The notes beneath the pieces are model-generated. The model was given only the letters and a program-made list of their open reading frames with translations, made no database searches and was not told the origin of the DNA. Both the position numbers and the translations under genes were made by a program. From Flaccisagitta enflata (lineage: Eukaryota): a stretch of 64,000 bases of DNA. The stretch is taken from the NCBI GenBank assembly GCA_965153355.1, contig OZ231126.1:39308001-39372000 (forward strand), written 5' to 3'. The stretch's first letter is position 1; the number at the start of each line of letters is the position of its first letter. Below, piece after piece: positions 12,259 to 24,670 of this stretch.

Positions 12259-12702
12259 TTTCATAGGAGCAAATATTGTATCATCAAGAACAGCAAAAGG
12301 ACAACCACAGCTGTAGTGAAAACATCAATTCTGCAGGGACTATTTCAGTAGCCGCAAAATCGCAAAAAATGCTCGATACAGGGCCCCATGGCCCTCTCAA
12401 AGTGGTATATGGATTACAAATGGTCGTTATGAGTTCTAGGACAGTGATGATAAGCTCATATGAACAGCTTTGAGTGTTCTGAACGGTTTTTTATGTAATT
12501 CAGATAAAACAAACTCCATTCTACTACCAAAAAATAGCAAAAATATGTGAAAAATGTAGTTATGCCGATTCAGGGCCATGGTGGTGGGGTGCCCGGTCAT
12601 TTGACGGTCTCGATACCGTGACCATTGGCTTCAGCACGAAAAACAGGGCCGGTGAGGCCGTTTTAATTACTGATTTCTATGGTTTGGTCTTTTCTGGACC
12701 CC

Positions 12703-12845
<143 letters not shown>

Positions 12846-12871
12846 AAAAAAACCAAAAAAAAACAAAGTAC

Positions 12872-13511
12872 CTTTCTTTCAGTCTTGACGATTGTTCTTT
12901 TGTTTTTGGCTTCACTGGTGGATTTCTCGGCCGCCGCAGCTGCAGCTTTTTTCTTGGCCGCCGCTGCCGCTGCAGCCGATCTTCGATTTGCCGCGGCAGT
13001 TGCTGCAGAAGGTGGCGCGTAATCTTCATCGGAAGACGATTCGTGAACGGAAATGCTGTCATCTTCAGACTCCATATCCTCCAGAAACATGGAGAAATCG
13101 GGCGAATCTCCTCTGACGGGAATTGGTGGTCGACTAACGGGAGATAATCCATCAGCCTCGGCGCCGATAGCCGCTGCAGTCGAGGCAGTTTTCAATGGCG
13201 TCGAAGAAGTTGCTGAGGAATGAGTTGAGGTTGCGGCTGCGGAGGATGCGATCGGCGTCGACGAGTCGATACCGGAAGATGTGGTCTTTTCTTGATTGGT
13301 CGCCGGTGTTGAAGGCGTCGAAGCGAGACCGACAGCCGTTCCGGACGGTGATGCTGCAGCGACAGAAGCGTGGTTGCCGGCGTGAGATCGACTCTGCGCT
13401 GCCGCGAGTTTAGAGACGGCGTTGATGCGGGTCACGTGAGGAGTTGAAGAGGACTTGGGGATAATTTGCAGCTTCGTTTGCATCAGTGGAGGAGATGAAG
13501 ACATCCAATAA
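12872..13511 (-). CDS. Coding exon 6 (YWMSSSPP...SPDFSMFLEDMESEDD...AAAAAAAKKKAAAAAA...KTERK)
   Basis: Acceptor TCTTTCTGCCCCAG|T and donor AAG|GTACTT. 640 nt, open, phase 2 to 0. Corresponds to the non-repeat part of ORF 12704..13504. Confidence 0.85.
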
Positions 13512-13661
13512 CTGGGGCAGAAAGATTAAGCGGGATTAGGATTCCCATTGCATACAAATAAATTCATTTTTTGTTTGTTTTTGTTTGTTTGATTATTGGT
13601 TATCAATAATCTGTCTGTCGACTTGATTTAAGAATGTTGTTTCATTACTTCCTCTATTAAC

Positions 13662-13880
13662 CTTGAATTGCGGTTTTGAAGAGCGGCTGCAGAAGAAAGT
13701 CTGAAACGTTTGTTGGCGCCCGAGTTGGGAGTTGAGCTGCTCAGACCGGAAGTCGGAGATAGAGGCGCCTCTGATTTGGCACCGTTTGAAGCGCCGGTCG
13801 TGGCGCCGAATGACGCTCGTGGCGCCGACGCTGAGACTCCGTCTATTTTACGCTTTTCACTATTTGACTCTGCCGAAGGT
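13662..13880 (-). CDS. Coding exon 5 (PSAESNSEKRKIDG...NKRFRLSSAAALQNRNS)
   Basis: Acceptor TTCGCTTTTTTCATAG|A and donor AAG|GTTAAT. 219 nt, open, phase 2-2. Confidence 0.8.
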
Positions 13881-13978
13881 CTATGAAAAAAGCGAAAGAA
13901 TTAAAAGACCCGAGTTATACTAGTAAACAGATTAGGTGTACAAGACCAACTCTAAAGCATGGTAAAGCAATCATCATA

Positions 13979-14158
13979 CAGTTAAACTCCGCTCCAACAG
14001 TTTTAGAAGAGTTCCACCTATAATGAATTTTTTATCCCTTTATTGATTTTTTCATTTCTATTTCTAATGTTGACCCCAGAAGTCTGACAAAATTCAAACA
14101 GCACCAGAAAAAATGAATTTGTTGAGCCTATGAAATCCGTTGCAGTCGGTTTTAACTG
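13979..14158. mobile_element. Degenerate Tc1/pogo-like MITE in an intron (same family as 41047-41223)
   Basis: TA-CAGTTAAACTCCG ... CGGTTTTTAACTG. Confidence 0.65.
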
Positions 14159-14226
14159 TTCATAACTCATAAGAATGACATGATCCTTCATAATCATGTG
14201 GTCCTGTACATTTTTTTATTCATCAC

Positions 14227-14594
14227 CTGATTGTATTCGGCGTTTTTGCTTTGGCACCATCATCCGTTTTGGATTCAGAATTTGCCGTTTTATTGGAGCT
14301 GGCCTCGTTGCCATTGGCAGCAGCACTACCACCACCATCTCCCGCTGCATTGCCTCCACCACCTCCACCATCATCTTCATCATCGGAGAAGTGGTAAGGA
14401 TCGTCTGTGGTGGCTGCGGCGGTCGAAGACGCCTTCGCGGGGGAGGAGGAGGAGGAAGCATCAGCTGAAGACGTCATTGGCTTTGTGGAAGTTGATGAGG
14501 GGTTGGTAGATTCCACGGAGGAAGAGGCGGGAACTCGACGACGAGATGCAGAAGAGGGGGAGGAGGAGGAGGGTGCAAGAGGCTGCCGACGATG
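14227..14594 (-). CDS. Coding exon 4 (HRRQPLAPSSSS...DDPYHFSDDEDDGGGGGG...KTPNTIR)
   Basis: Acceptor downstream of a (CT)n tract, ...GCCACCTCAG|CAT. Donor CAG|GTGATG. 368 nt, open, phase 0 to 2, GC-rich. Confidence 0.8.
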
Positions 14595-14611
14595 CTGAGG
14601 TGGCAGAATAT

Positions 14612-14673
<62 letters not shown>

Positions 14674-15208
14674 ATGAAATGAAAACATTAGATATGATGA
14701 CAAACATTTGGTGCTAGTGGTGCTAGTGGTGGCAGTGAGATAGTGATAGTGAAATTATCTTGACCGTGGAGTTACGTCTAACGTGGTAGAGTTTCGAAGC
14801 TTGAAAATTGAAAAGAAAGTTACGTCACAACCGACAGACGGACCGACGTATCGGGTGACTCGTCAAAAGTTGCCGCTTTGGAAAGAACGCAAATTGTTAA
14901 AAAAAGAACCAGACTTAAAACAAACAAGCATTGAGGTCATGAGAGATGCATGGGTGCTTCTAAAAGCTATGGCTAAAACCATGAAAGTGATTTGACTTGG
15001 TAAGAAACTTTCATACTGATTACGTGTCAGATATTTACAAGTTTCACATCTTTTTTTGTCTCGGATTCCATCTCCTTCTTTAAGTTCTCAAAAGAACGGT
15101 TGTTCAAGATGACATTTATCAGTGGGCTAAGTGTAAGAGAGCTATGTCTTAGTGTAAATTTAGTCGCAACAAAAGTTGAGTGACAGATATTTGAGAGAAT
15201 ATAATTAC

Positions 15209-15421
15209 ATTTTTCAGTGGGGAAAAGGAAGGCATGGATTTCCTTTTATTGGATCGATTATTCGAACCAAAATGGATTTGAAATCGGCCCTTCAGCGGCG
15301 AATTCGGGCTGTTGTGGTTTTTCAACTGCGAAATCGGACTGGTGTGGTTGATTTGGGAAGAGGAGGGGCCGCAGCCGTTTTGGCTGGGAGAACCACAGTT
15401 TTTTTGAGGGGTAGAACCATC
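15209..15421 (-). CDS. Coding exon 3 (DGSTPQKNCGSP...KRKSMPSFSPLKN)
   Basis: Acceptor TTTCTTCATACAATCAAG|GAT and donor AAT|GTAATT. 213 nt, open, phase 0-0. Confidence 0.75.
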
Positions 15422-15492
15422 CTTGATTGTATGAAGAAAAAAAGTTGAAAAAAAAGTTGTGATATATGGTAACATATGTGAGGGAGAAAAAA

Positions 15493-15563
<71 letters not shown>

Positions 15564-15575
15564 CGAGAGAGCGAA

Positions 15576-15622
<47 letters not shown>

Positions 15623-15715
15623 AAGATAGACATACATACTAAAAGACAGAATGACAGACGGGCCTAGACATGGCACTTACAGTTACAGAGAAAGATGCAT
15701 GTATAGGGAAGTTAC

Positions 15716-15785
15716 CTTCTTTAAAACACTTTCCATATCCTGTTTGCTGCTGGAGGTGGTTGTTGTTGTCCTCATCAATCGCGAC
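15716..15785 (-). CDS. Coding exon 2 (R-SRLMRTTTTTSSSKQDMESVLKK)
   Basis: Pyrimidine-rich acceptor ...CACATCTTCACAG|G and donor AAG|GTAACT. 70 nt, phase 2 to phase 0, bridging exons 1 and 3. Confidence 0.65.
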
Positions 15786-16843
15786 CTGTGAAGATGTGGA
15801 GGAGGAGCCGGAGGAGGCAGAGGAGAAGGTAGTGGTCATGAAGAAGGAGAAAGAGGTAGTGAAGGAGAAGGTGGAAGAGGTAGTGAAGGTGGAAGAGGTA
15901 GTGGTGGTAGTGATAGTGAAGGAGAAAGCGGTGAAAGGAGGTGAAAAATAGTTTTAATGAGGCTAAACTTGAGACATGAGTTTGTGCCAATTCCTTATTC
16001 AACGGAAAATCGCGAAGGGTTTTCACGTGTTGCTTTGTCTAATAATGATCATGAACATTCGCATCCAAGTTATGAATGGTGCGCTCATGTTCAACCACTA
16101 AAAACTAGATGATTTGGAAAATACCGCGTGTGCGCTTGTAAAATCCTGTTTATGGTAAAAAAAAACAAACAAAAAAAAAAAAACAAAAACAAAAAAAAAA
16201 AAAAAAAAAAAAGAAAAAACTGACAATGATTGGTTAGAATTTTATGTCACCAAGATATCGAGAATTGATCTCGAAGTTTTTAGTTCAGTAAGTATGGTAC
16301 GAGTATTAACTTTTATGTCATGATGAAAGTGCGAAAGTGGCAAGTTCAACGGTTGCAGTGTTGGCCCATCTAAGGTGGATTCAGGAGGTCGTTGCGTCAG
16401 TCTCCGAGTCGATGCGTACGGATGGGTACAAAAGACAAGTTAAGACTAATCAGGTTGAAATATTCAAAAGTCATGGCGTCATTTCACATCCGCTCCGATG
16501 TTTGTTCATTCGTCTCGTTTTATAGAATGAATATTTTTAATAGAGAGTGGTATGTTATAATGCAATTAAGATCGCGCTTTTGTCGGCTACAAGACAGACA
16601 ATGCAGTTTGCTAATAAAGGGACAGTTGGACAGTGGTGAAACAGTATTCATTCTGTACTAGGCGAGGCAACATTTTCTAGAAGTGGGACAGTTCTTTGGC
16701 ATGGTAGAGGAACTTAGATGAAAAGAGGAAATGTTTCAGAAAAGCAAAGCATCACCTCAGCACTTGTGCAAGCTCAAGGACACAGTGGCAAAGCAATTTT
16801 TTTTCTCAGTTCCAGATTTCCAGTACATACAGTAGATGTCGTC

Positions 16844-17387
16844 TAGACTTGGAAATACGGGGGAATTCATTACAGGAGGACAAATTTACTTAAGAGGCTG
16901 ATATTTGGAATATAGACTAATGAAACGATGCTTTATTGCCCATGGGTGTTGGTTGCTATGGAAACACATTTTCATGTATTCACGCTAAAAAATCAACATT
17001 TTGAGAAACTTTTTGAGGGAACATTGTTCAAAATAAAATTTGCTACAACTTTCCCACAATATGTTCTGTAAGAATATTGCCCGTTTAGCCGTTGCTAGGG
17101 AGCGTAACTATGTGTGACTGCCCTGTGATGCTCCCTAGCAACCGCTAAACCAGCGATATTCTTAAAGAACATACTGTGGGAAAGTTGTAGCAAATTTTAT
17201 TTTAAACAATGTTCCCTCAAAAGATTTCTCAAAATATTGATACTTTAGCGTCAATACATGGTAATGTGTTTCCATGGCAACCAACACCCATGGGCAATAA
17301 AGTATCCTTTTATCAGTTTATATTCCAAATATCAGTCTCGACTTTATTTGTATTCCTGTAATGAATTCCCCCCTATATCCAAGTCTA
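16844..17387. mobile_element. Foldback element with TAG...CTA termini (Academ-like ends)
   Basis: TAGACTTGGA / TCCAAGTCTA, with inverted arms of about 260 bp around a short spacer near 17105-17128. No clear TSD. Confidence 0.8.
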
Positions 17388-18146
17388 CGGTAAACGGGGT
17401 GAAAGCAGTCTAATTTCTACATTGAAAAAAATATTTATTCATACAAAAACTTAAACGGGTGCAATAATTGTTAAAAAGAAAACAAAACAAATGAGGCCGG
17501 TACTCGATTCGCCCTCAACATCGGCCAAACATAAGGCAAGAAAAAACAAAACAAATGAAACCAATTCACAATAATGCTACCTGGTTGGTGGTGTGGGTAG
17601 GCTGTAAATATCAAACAAAAATGTCAATTGAATCGAAACGAAGGCTTAATTGCAGAAAAAAAAACAACTGATAATTACATTGGCTTAAGGGGTGAAAAGT
17701 GTGAAACAAAAATGGACGCAATTTTTACGGAAGACCCCGTATGCCGTGACAAAATAAACCCGGGTCAGAGTTATTTTTTCATATTGCAAACAAAGCCCAT
17801 CCGCACCAGGAGACATCCATACATGAGACAAACACGAAAGCCTTCTCGTAGACAGTGATGAGGACATAATAAAAGCATACTTGGACACAAATAATATGCA
17901 TTTTGCAAAGTAATTGAAAAAAAAACTGAAGGCTTAAGAATAAGATAAAACGGGAGAGCGACCTGATGCAATGTAACTAGCTAACGAGAAATCATCAGAC
18001 TCCTCATGATAAGCTAGAAGGTAATGGATAACTCTGATGTGAATAGGGAATCGTAAGCTAATCTCTCTTGTAAGTGGATTTAAAGAAAACGAATAAACGA
18101 AAGAGGATTCAACTAATAATAGAACACAACTGAGCCAAGAAAGAGA

Positions 18147-18269
<123 letters not shown>

Positions 18270-18319
18270 GACAGAGGGGGAGAGAGAGACTGGCCGAGAA
18301 GGAAAAACCTGACATACGA

Positions 18320-18371
<52 letters not shown>

Positions 18372-18456
18372 GGACAGACAGACCGATAGATAGAAAAGGA
18401 GTAAAAGCAAGCAACTCACATACGGCGTAGAAAAGGAAGAGAGACTGACAACAGAG

Positions 18457-19305
18457 AATAGCAGCCCAAAGGCAGTAAGTGGTCAGCGGTACCGGTGCCC
18501 TGCTTGAGTATTAAATGATTTAGGTTGAGAGGGAGCAGGGCAGTGGCCCCGAAGGGGACGAAGTCCTGTAGAACACAGGGGGAATCTGTCCGTCCGTCCC
18601 TCTGTCCATCAGTCCGTCCCTCTGTCTACCATCCTTCTATCCAGGATGCCGTTGCTCAAATTTTCATCGAATACCATGGAAAAATGACAAAAGGCAGTAT
18701 ATGGACAATGGTACCCTTGCCCTTCTTGAATAGTTTGTAGGTTAAGTTGAGGGAAGAGCAGGCTAGGATATGGGTCTCTGAGGCCAGAATCTGGGCCTCA
18801 TAGACTAATTTCTTGGTTTCAGAGGCCAGGATTTGGGTCTCTGAGGCCAGGATTTGTGTCTTGAGGCTAGGATTTAGGTCTTTGAAGCCAGAGCCTAGGT
18901 CTTGGAGGTTAGAATATGGGTCTCTAAGGCTAGGATGTGGGTTTTAGAAGCCAGAATCTAAGTTTATGGGGGCCAAAATGATAGAACTCAGGCCAGAATT
19001 CAGGTTTTCTAGCCAGATTTGGCCTTGATTTTGTCTTTATTTGGGCCATTTTGCCTATCTTTGGGCCATTTTGCCTTGATTTGGGCCATTTTGCCTTGAT
19101 TTGGGCCATTTTGCCTGGATTTGGGCCATTTTGCTTGGATTTGAGCCATACAGTTTGGATTTGGGCCCCAAAGGAGACAAAGCCCTGAGGATGGGGCAGG
19201 GGGGGACGGACGGACGGACGGACGTACGGACGAACGTACGGACGGACGAACAGATTCCCCCTATGTTCTACAGGACTTTGTCCCCTTCGGGGCCGCTGCC
19301 CAAAA
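18457..19305. mobile_element. Family C HINE-like element with two different 20-21-bp arrays
   Basis: GGTCAGCGGTACC end, inverted repeat GGGCAGTGGCCCCGAAGGGGAC / GTCCCCTTCGGGGCCGCTGCCC, arrays TCTGAGGCCAGGATTTGGGTC and TTGGGCCATTTTGCCTTGAT. Confidence 0.8.
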
Positions 19306-19637
19306 ACAAGGCCGTATACACGGCTACCCTAGTCGCTTGCAGGTGGGCAGGGGTTGTGATAAAAAAGGCTACATAAGCATTCGGGCAAGAGCAATATTCA
19401 AATTATGCCCATAAACGCTGAAAAAGACAGACCAACAGACGGATAGACAGACCGACCGAGCGACGGACATAGCGGGTTATAGAGTCGCGTACACGCGGCT
19501 AAAACTGAAGTAATGATTGAACTAAGGAAAGTCGAGTAAGACGCCACCATAAGGAACTGTGCTGTGGTGGCGTCCAAACCGAAATCCAAACCAAGATCAT
19601 CGACACCGATAATGGTACACATGTAATGCAAACGTAC

Positions 19638-19819
19638 CTGTATGCGCTTTTTCCCACTATACATCTGCTGCTGTTGTTACTACTGTTGCTTGATGTCGTC
19701 GACGCTTCACTTGTCGCTGACGCTGGTGTGGTCTTCGTTCCTCCATCATCATCCTCGTCATCTCCTCGATCGTCTTTTTTGGATCTTAATCCGGATGATG
19801 CATTTGTTGATGCCAACAT
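19638..19819 (-). CDS. Coding exon 1 of an uncharacterised Ser/Ala-rich protein (MLASTNASSGLRSKKDDRGDDEDDDGG...VGKSAY)
   Basis: ATG at 19819 in context ACGGCC-ATG, with an in-frame TGA six codons upstream. Donor CAG|GTACGT after 19638. 182 nt ending in phase 2, which matches the next exon. Confidence 0.7.
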
Positions 19820-20216
19820 GGCCGTCAGAAGGAATCAGAAGATCGAAAACCTCGAATCGGTCGCCGTCAATCGCACGTCGACGAACAACTGCACCGCCTC
19901 GCCAAATCTTTCTTTTTGCTTTCTTCCAGATTTGTCCTCTTGATATAATTGTTATTTTTTTTTGTTTTCATTCGCATCACAATTTTTTACATCGACGTTT
20001 TGAGTATTGTTTATGTAATGTGAAGGACGATTTAACGGACAAACGTCACGGTTTTTGGTGATTTCGCTGGATATTTAATTGCCATTTGCGGCGGCCAAAG
20101 AGCTATTCACCCAGGAATGAAAATGTTTTGAAATTTGAAGGTAATTGGATTCAGTGAGTGGATTCGTTCTACACTCGTGATTGGTTCTTTTGCTTGCGAA
20201 GCTATGTTCAGTCTTA

Positions 20217-20301
<85 letters not shown>

Positions 20302-20370
20302 GGTTTACGCAATAAATCCCGTTTTATCCCGCCGAAGAAGTCAATTGGCAGAAGACTAGAAAGTAATCAT
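19820..20370 (-). other. 5' UTR part of the ATG-containing exon, with a (CAA)n tract and upstream ATGs
   Basis: Very strong acceptor TTTCTCTCTTTTTTCTCGCGTTTCAG|ATG at 20372-20371. All three frames close shortly after it. Confidence 0.5.
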
Positions 20371-20494
20371 CTGAAACGCGAGAAAAAAGAGAGAAACGTT
20401 TTGATCTGTGAGTGAACACGCATGCGTGCGCGTGTGCCTTTTCTTCAGTTTCTGCGTGTGTCTGAGTTTATAGAAAAGTCAAAAGTGCAGACAA

Positions 20495-20544
<50 letters not shown>

Positions 20545-20944
20545 ACGCACAGACAAATAGACAGACAGATAGGCGGACAGACAGATATTGTCACTCTTTC
20601 ATATAAAAACATCCGCCAACTGACAGACAGATAAAGACTGATGGAGGTCGAGGAACTGAGAGCCAGAAAGAAAAAATAGAAGCCATACGTGGCGGAAATA
20701 ACCTGAAAGCGTTAGGGCTACGGAGGCATGACAAGCATTGCGACTTATAGTTATAAATTAACCAAAAAAATTGATAAAACTATTATAAACTCCATAACGC
20801 CGAATCGCGCTGAATCGTGCCTTTTATGAATCCGATTTGAATAAACGCTTGAATGGATTTATACTTAGTCATTTTGAAATTAGTTCCTTCCACTGTTTTT
20901 TTTTTTTCGACTTTTTTTCCTTTTCTCCCGATTTATTTCGACTT

Positions 20945-20984
20945 TTAGTGTTGTTGTTGCTGTTGTTGTTGCTGTTGTTGTTGT

Positions 20985-21031
<47 letters not shown>

Positions 21032-21225
21032 TTGTTGTTGTTGTTGTTGTTGTTGTCGTTGTTGTTGTTGTTTTGTTGTTGTTGTCGTAGTGTCGTTGTG
21101 TTGTTGTTTTGTTGTGTTGTGTTGTTGTTGTGTTGTTGTTGTGTTGTTGTTGTGTTGTTGTTGTGTTGTTGTTGTGTTGTTGTTTTGTTGTTGTTATGTT
21201 TTTGTTGTTATGTTGTTGTTTTTGT
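20945..21225. repeat. Compound (GTT)n/(GTTGCT)n microsatellite; pure (GTT)n also at 20218-20302
   Basis: Directly visible. Confidence 0.95.
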
Positions 21226-21948
21226 TTCATGTTTGAGAAATAATGCATGTGTTGTGCAGCCGCTGAAAGTTTCGGTGCTAAAATTAGCGGTAGGATAAGT
21301 TACAAGGATAGTTGTTCTTCTCACTTCTCAGTCATAAACTTTTCGAATTGCTACAAACAAAAGGCCCCCTCGGCCATTAGCCGCGAAGAGTGCAAGCACC
21401 AGAGCAGCAACAGTGCTGACATTGGTCACTGAAGATGAACAACGAGAGAATTCATTGCCTAAAAGCGGAAGCAACGTTTATGCAGCAGCAGTGTTTACGT
21501 TGCCGCAGCGATTTTAGAGAAGGGGATGTTTCAAAATAGCAGCCACGTTGACGAAGATTATGGAGACTTTACATTCACATTGTAGAGAGCGATAAAACAA
21601 ACTGAGGCAACAGCAAAGTTGATGCTACAGCAACCGATGTGTCACAGCTCTTCACAGTGCTTATAACCAGCGTTAAAATGGCTGAAGATGTTGCAGCAGA
21701 CATGAAGAGAGATATTCTCTGCAACAGCAGTAGCGAAGGTGTTGACTATGCCGCAGCAGATGTAAAGGCTAAAAAGAGCAAAGAGACATTCAATAGCCCA
21801 AGAGCGGCAGCAAGCGTTGACGATACCGCAGCAAATTTTAAGACTGAAGAGAGACAGAGAGGTTCCCTGCGCAACTGCAGTTTGTTGACGCTGACTCAGC
21901 GCAGAAACCAATTATATGTCGAAAGCCAATCAAATGAAAGACATTTAA

Positions 21949-22025
<77 letters not shown>

Positions 22026-22144
22026 CAGAAAGAGAGAGAAAGATGATGATAAAGATGAAGAGTGAGACCAAGTGAGTTTCGGTTGCAAGCAGAAAAGAAA
22101 AGAGAGTCTCGACTGAAAAACGATAAAAGAGGAAAACGCTAAGG

Positions 22145-23140
22145 GTGGAGGAAAATGGAGGAAGTAAATCAGGGAGGAAATGGAGGAAGATCATCATGGA
22201 GGAAAATGAAAGCAGAAAAACAAAAAGGAAAATGAAGGGAGGTAAATCAGGGAGGAAACGAAGGAAGATCATCATGGAGGAAAATGAAAGCAGAAAAACA
22301 AAAAGGAAAATGAAGGGAAGTAAATCAGGGAGGAAACGGAGGAAGATCATCATGGAGGAAAATGAAAGCAGAAAAACAAAAAGGAAAATGAAGGGAAGTA
22401 AATCAGGGAGGAAAATCAAAGCAGAAAAACAATAGTCGCAAAAGCGTTAGATGGTCAGCGGTACCCGTTGCCCCTTTGTGAGTATATGTGGGTGCGAGGT
22501 GGTTAGAGGGGCAGCGGCCCCGAAGGGGCCGATGACCTATGCTGTTTTTATTTGAGCCTCAAGGCTGGAATTGGGGCCTCAAGGCTGGGATTTGGGCCTT
22601 GAAGCTGGGATTTGAGCCTTGAGGCTGGGATTGGAGCCTCGAGGCTGAGATTTGAGCCTCGAGGCTGGGATTTGAGCTTTGAGGCTGGGATTTGAGCTTC
22701 ATGGCTAGGAACTGAGCCATGAGGCTATGATTTGAGCCTCAAGGCTGGGATATGAGCCTTGAAGCTGGGATTTAAGCCTCGAGGCTGGGTTTTGAGCCTG
22801 GAGGCTGGGAGTTGAGCTTTAAGGCTGGATTTTGAGCTTTGAGGGCTGGAAAATGAGCCTTCAGGCTGGAAAATGAGCCCTGCGACTAGAATTTGAGCTT
22901 CGGAGGCGGGGGGGGGGGACGGAGAAGGAGAAGAAGAAGAAGGAGGAGGAGGAGAAAATCTCCCATATGTGTGAGAGCATAGGTCATCGGCCCCTTCGGG
23001 GCCGCTGCCCAAAAAGGAAAAGGAAAATGAAGGGAGTAAATCAGGGAAGGAAATGGAGCAAGCTCATCAGGGAGGAAAACGAAAGCAGAAAAACAGAGAG
23101 GAAAATGAAGGGAGGAAATCAGGGAGGAAATGAGAGCAGA
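22145..23140. repeat. 78-bp purine-rich minisatellite interrupted by a family C element
   Basis: About 3.5 near-identical units at 22145-22430; degenerate units resume after 23015. Confidence 0.85.
22428..23015. mobile_element. Best-preserved family C HINE-like element
   Basis: Perfect 35-bp inverted repeat (22509-22543 / 22976-23010) enclosing a 21-bp array TGAGCCTCGAGGCTGGGATTT, plus an asymmetric terminal extension of about 80 bp. Inserted in an A-run without TSD. Confidence 0.85.
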
Positions 23141-23722
23141 AACAAGGCCAATTCATGGCCAAGAAGTGCTTTTCACGGTTTATGCATTTATAATGAACGT
23201 TTTTAATGAATGAATGAATGAATGAATGAATGAATTAATTGAATAATGAACTAATGAAATAATGAATGAATGAATGAATGAATGAATTAATGAATGCATG
23301 AATGAATGAATGAAAAAAAGCGGAAAAAAGAGGGAAAAATGAAGGGAGTAAATCAGGGAGGATATGGAGGGAAATCAAAGAGGAAAATGATGGGAAAAAA
23401 ATGAGGGAGGAAAATAGAGGAAAGAATGAGGAAGGAAAATGTAAAAGGAGTAAGGAAACTGAGACGTAAATGGAGTAAAATTAGGAGGAAATAGACAACC
23501 GTATGTACGAAAAACAAGGCCAAGTACACGCTTTTCATTTTATAAGAACATGGATTTTTAAAGTGAGCCTCAGCGTTCAAACGCGTTAGCCGACAGACAG
23601 ACCGACCAACGGACACAGCCAGTTATAGAGGTGCTTTGTCGGACCTAAAAACTCGTAGGAAAGGAAGAAGGGAAATGAAGGACGAAATAAAGTATGGGGG
23701 TGAGGGAGGAAAATGAGGGAGG

Positions 23723-23848
23723 AAACACGGCCAAGTAGGCCAATAAGGTGCGACGTGTGGATCGTTGAACGAATGCGTTACTCGACCGACCGACCGACAG
23801 ACCGACGGACACAGCCAGTTATAGAGGTGCTTTGTCGCACCTAAAAAA
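23723..23848 (-). mobile_element. HINE family 3 (others at about 23512-23650, 30943-31064, 31379-31497)
   Basis: Minus strand: TTT-AGGTGCGAC-AAA-GCACCT hairpin, (GTCG)n, 3' GTCGCACCT, GGCCTACTTGGCC stem-loop. Confidence 0.8.
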
Positions 23849-24364
23849 AGCAAATGAAGGTCGGAAAAAAGGCAGAAAATGGAGCAGGAAAATAAGGGAG
23901 GAAAATGAAGCAAATGAAGTACGAAAAGGAAGCATCTTTGAAGAGCAGAGAGGAAATATCACCGAGAAGAAAAGAAAGCCCGCCGTTGGATTTTATGGAG
24001 CTTTAACTCTCTGTCTTGAATTGGCGGACTAGGTTATGATGATGGACCCCGTTTAATTCTGCGGCCATGAATTCAGAAAGGAAAACAGCAGCTTCAATAT
24101 GAATACTGCGAACTTATGACTCTACTATCATAGAAATAAAAAGGTTTCCACCTGTAACATTAGTTCATTTATTGACATAAAAATGAACACAAAACAATTG
24201 CAAATCCATGAATATCTTATATTAGCCTCCTTTGACTGAATCACCGCCGCTATACATCAGAGAAGCAGTTTAAAGAGCTTCCCGAAGTACTCTGAAGTGA
24301 CGGCATTCTAGACCTTTCTAGGGATTTTCTTGATCTTTTTTTTTTTTTTTTGCTACGTTTAGAT

Positions 24365-24670
24365 TTAAAGGGTCCGAAGAGTCAACAAATTATAAAAAAA
24401 TTGGTGACATAAATGTAGCCCTTCAAATTTGCAAGCAGTATACAGTATACACAAACCGTATCTGTCTAGCTCAATGCGTTTAGAAGTTATTTGAAAAAAA
24501 GTGATGTGTTATGATTTGAAGATTATGTAGATGTAGCAAAAACAAAATTGAAACATTTCATTCAAGGTTGAATAACGTTTGAATGCATTGAGTTAGAGAG
24601 ATGCAGTTTGCGTAGATTGCTTGCAAATTTGAAGTTCGTCAATAATCTCACCAATTTTTTGATGATTCAT
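24365..24670. mobile_element. Degenerate foldback element with a TTAA-AGG left end (Kolobok-like)
   Basis: Inverted blocks AAAAAATTGGTGA and CTTCAAATTTGCAAGCA versus TGCTTGCAAATTTGAAG and TCACCAATTTTTT. Right terminus decayed. Confidence 0.5.

Noticed and set aside
22145..22435. 26-aa repeat basic protein ORF
   Set aside because: It is a purine-rich 78-bp minisatellite without splice support, interrupted by a mobile element and decaying afterwards.
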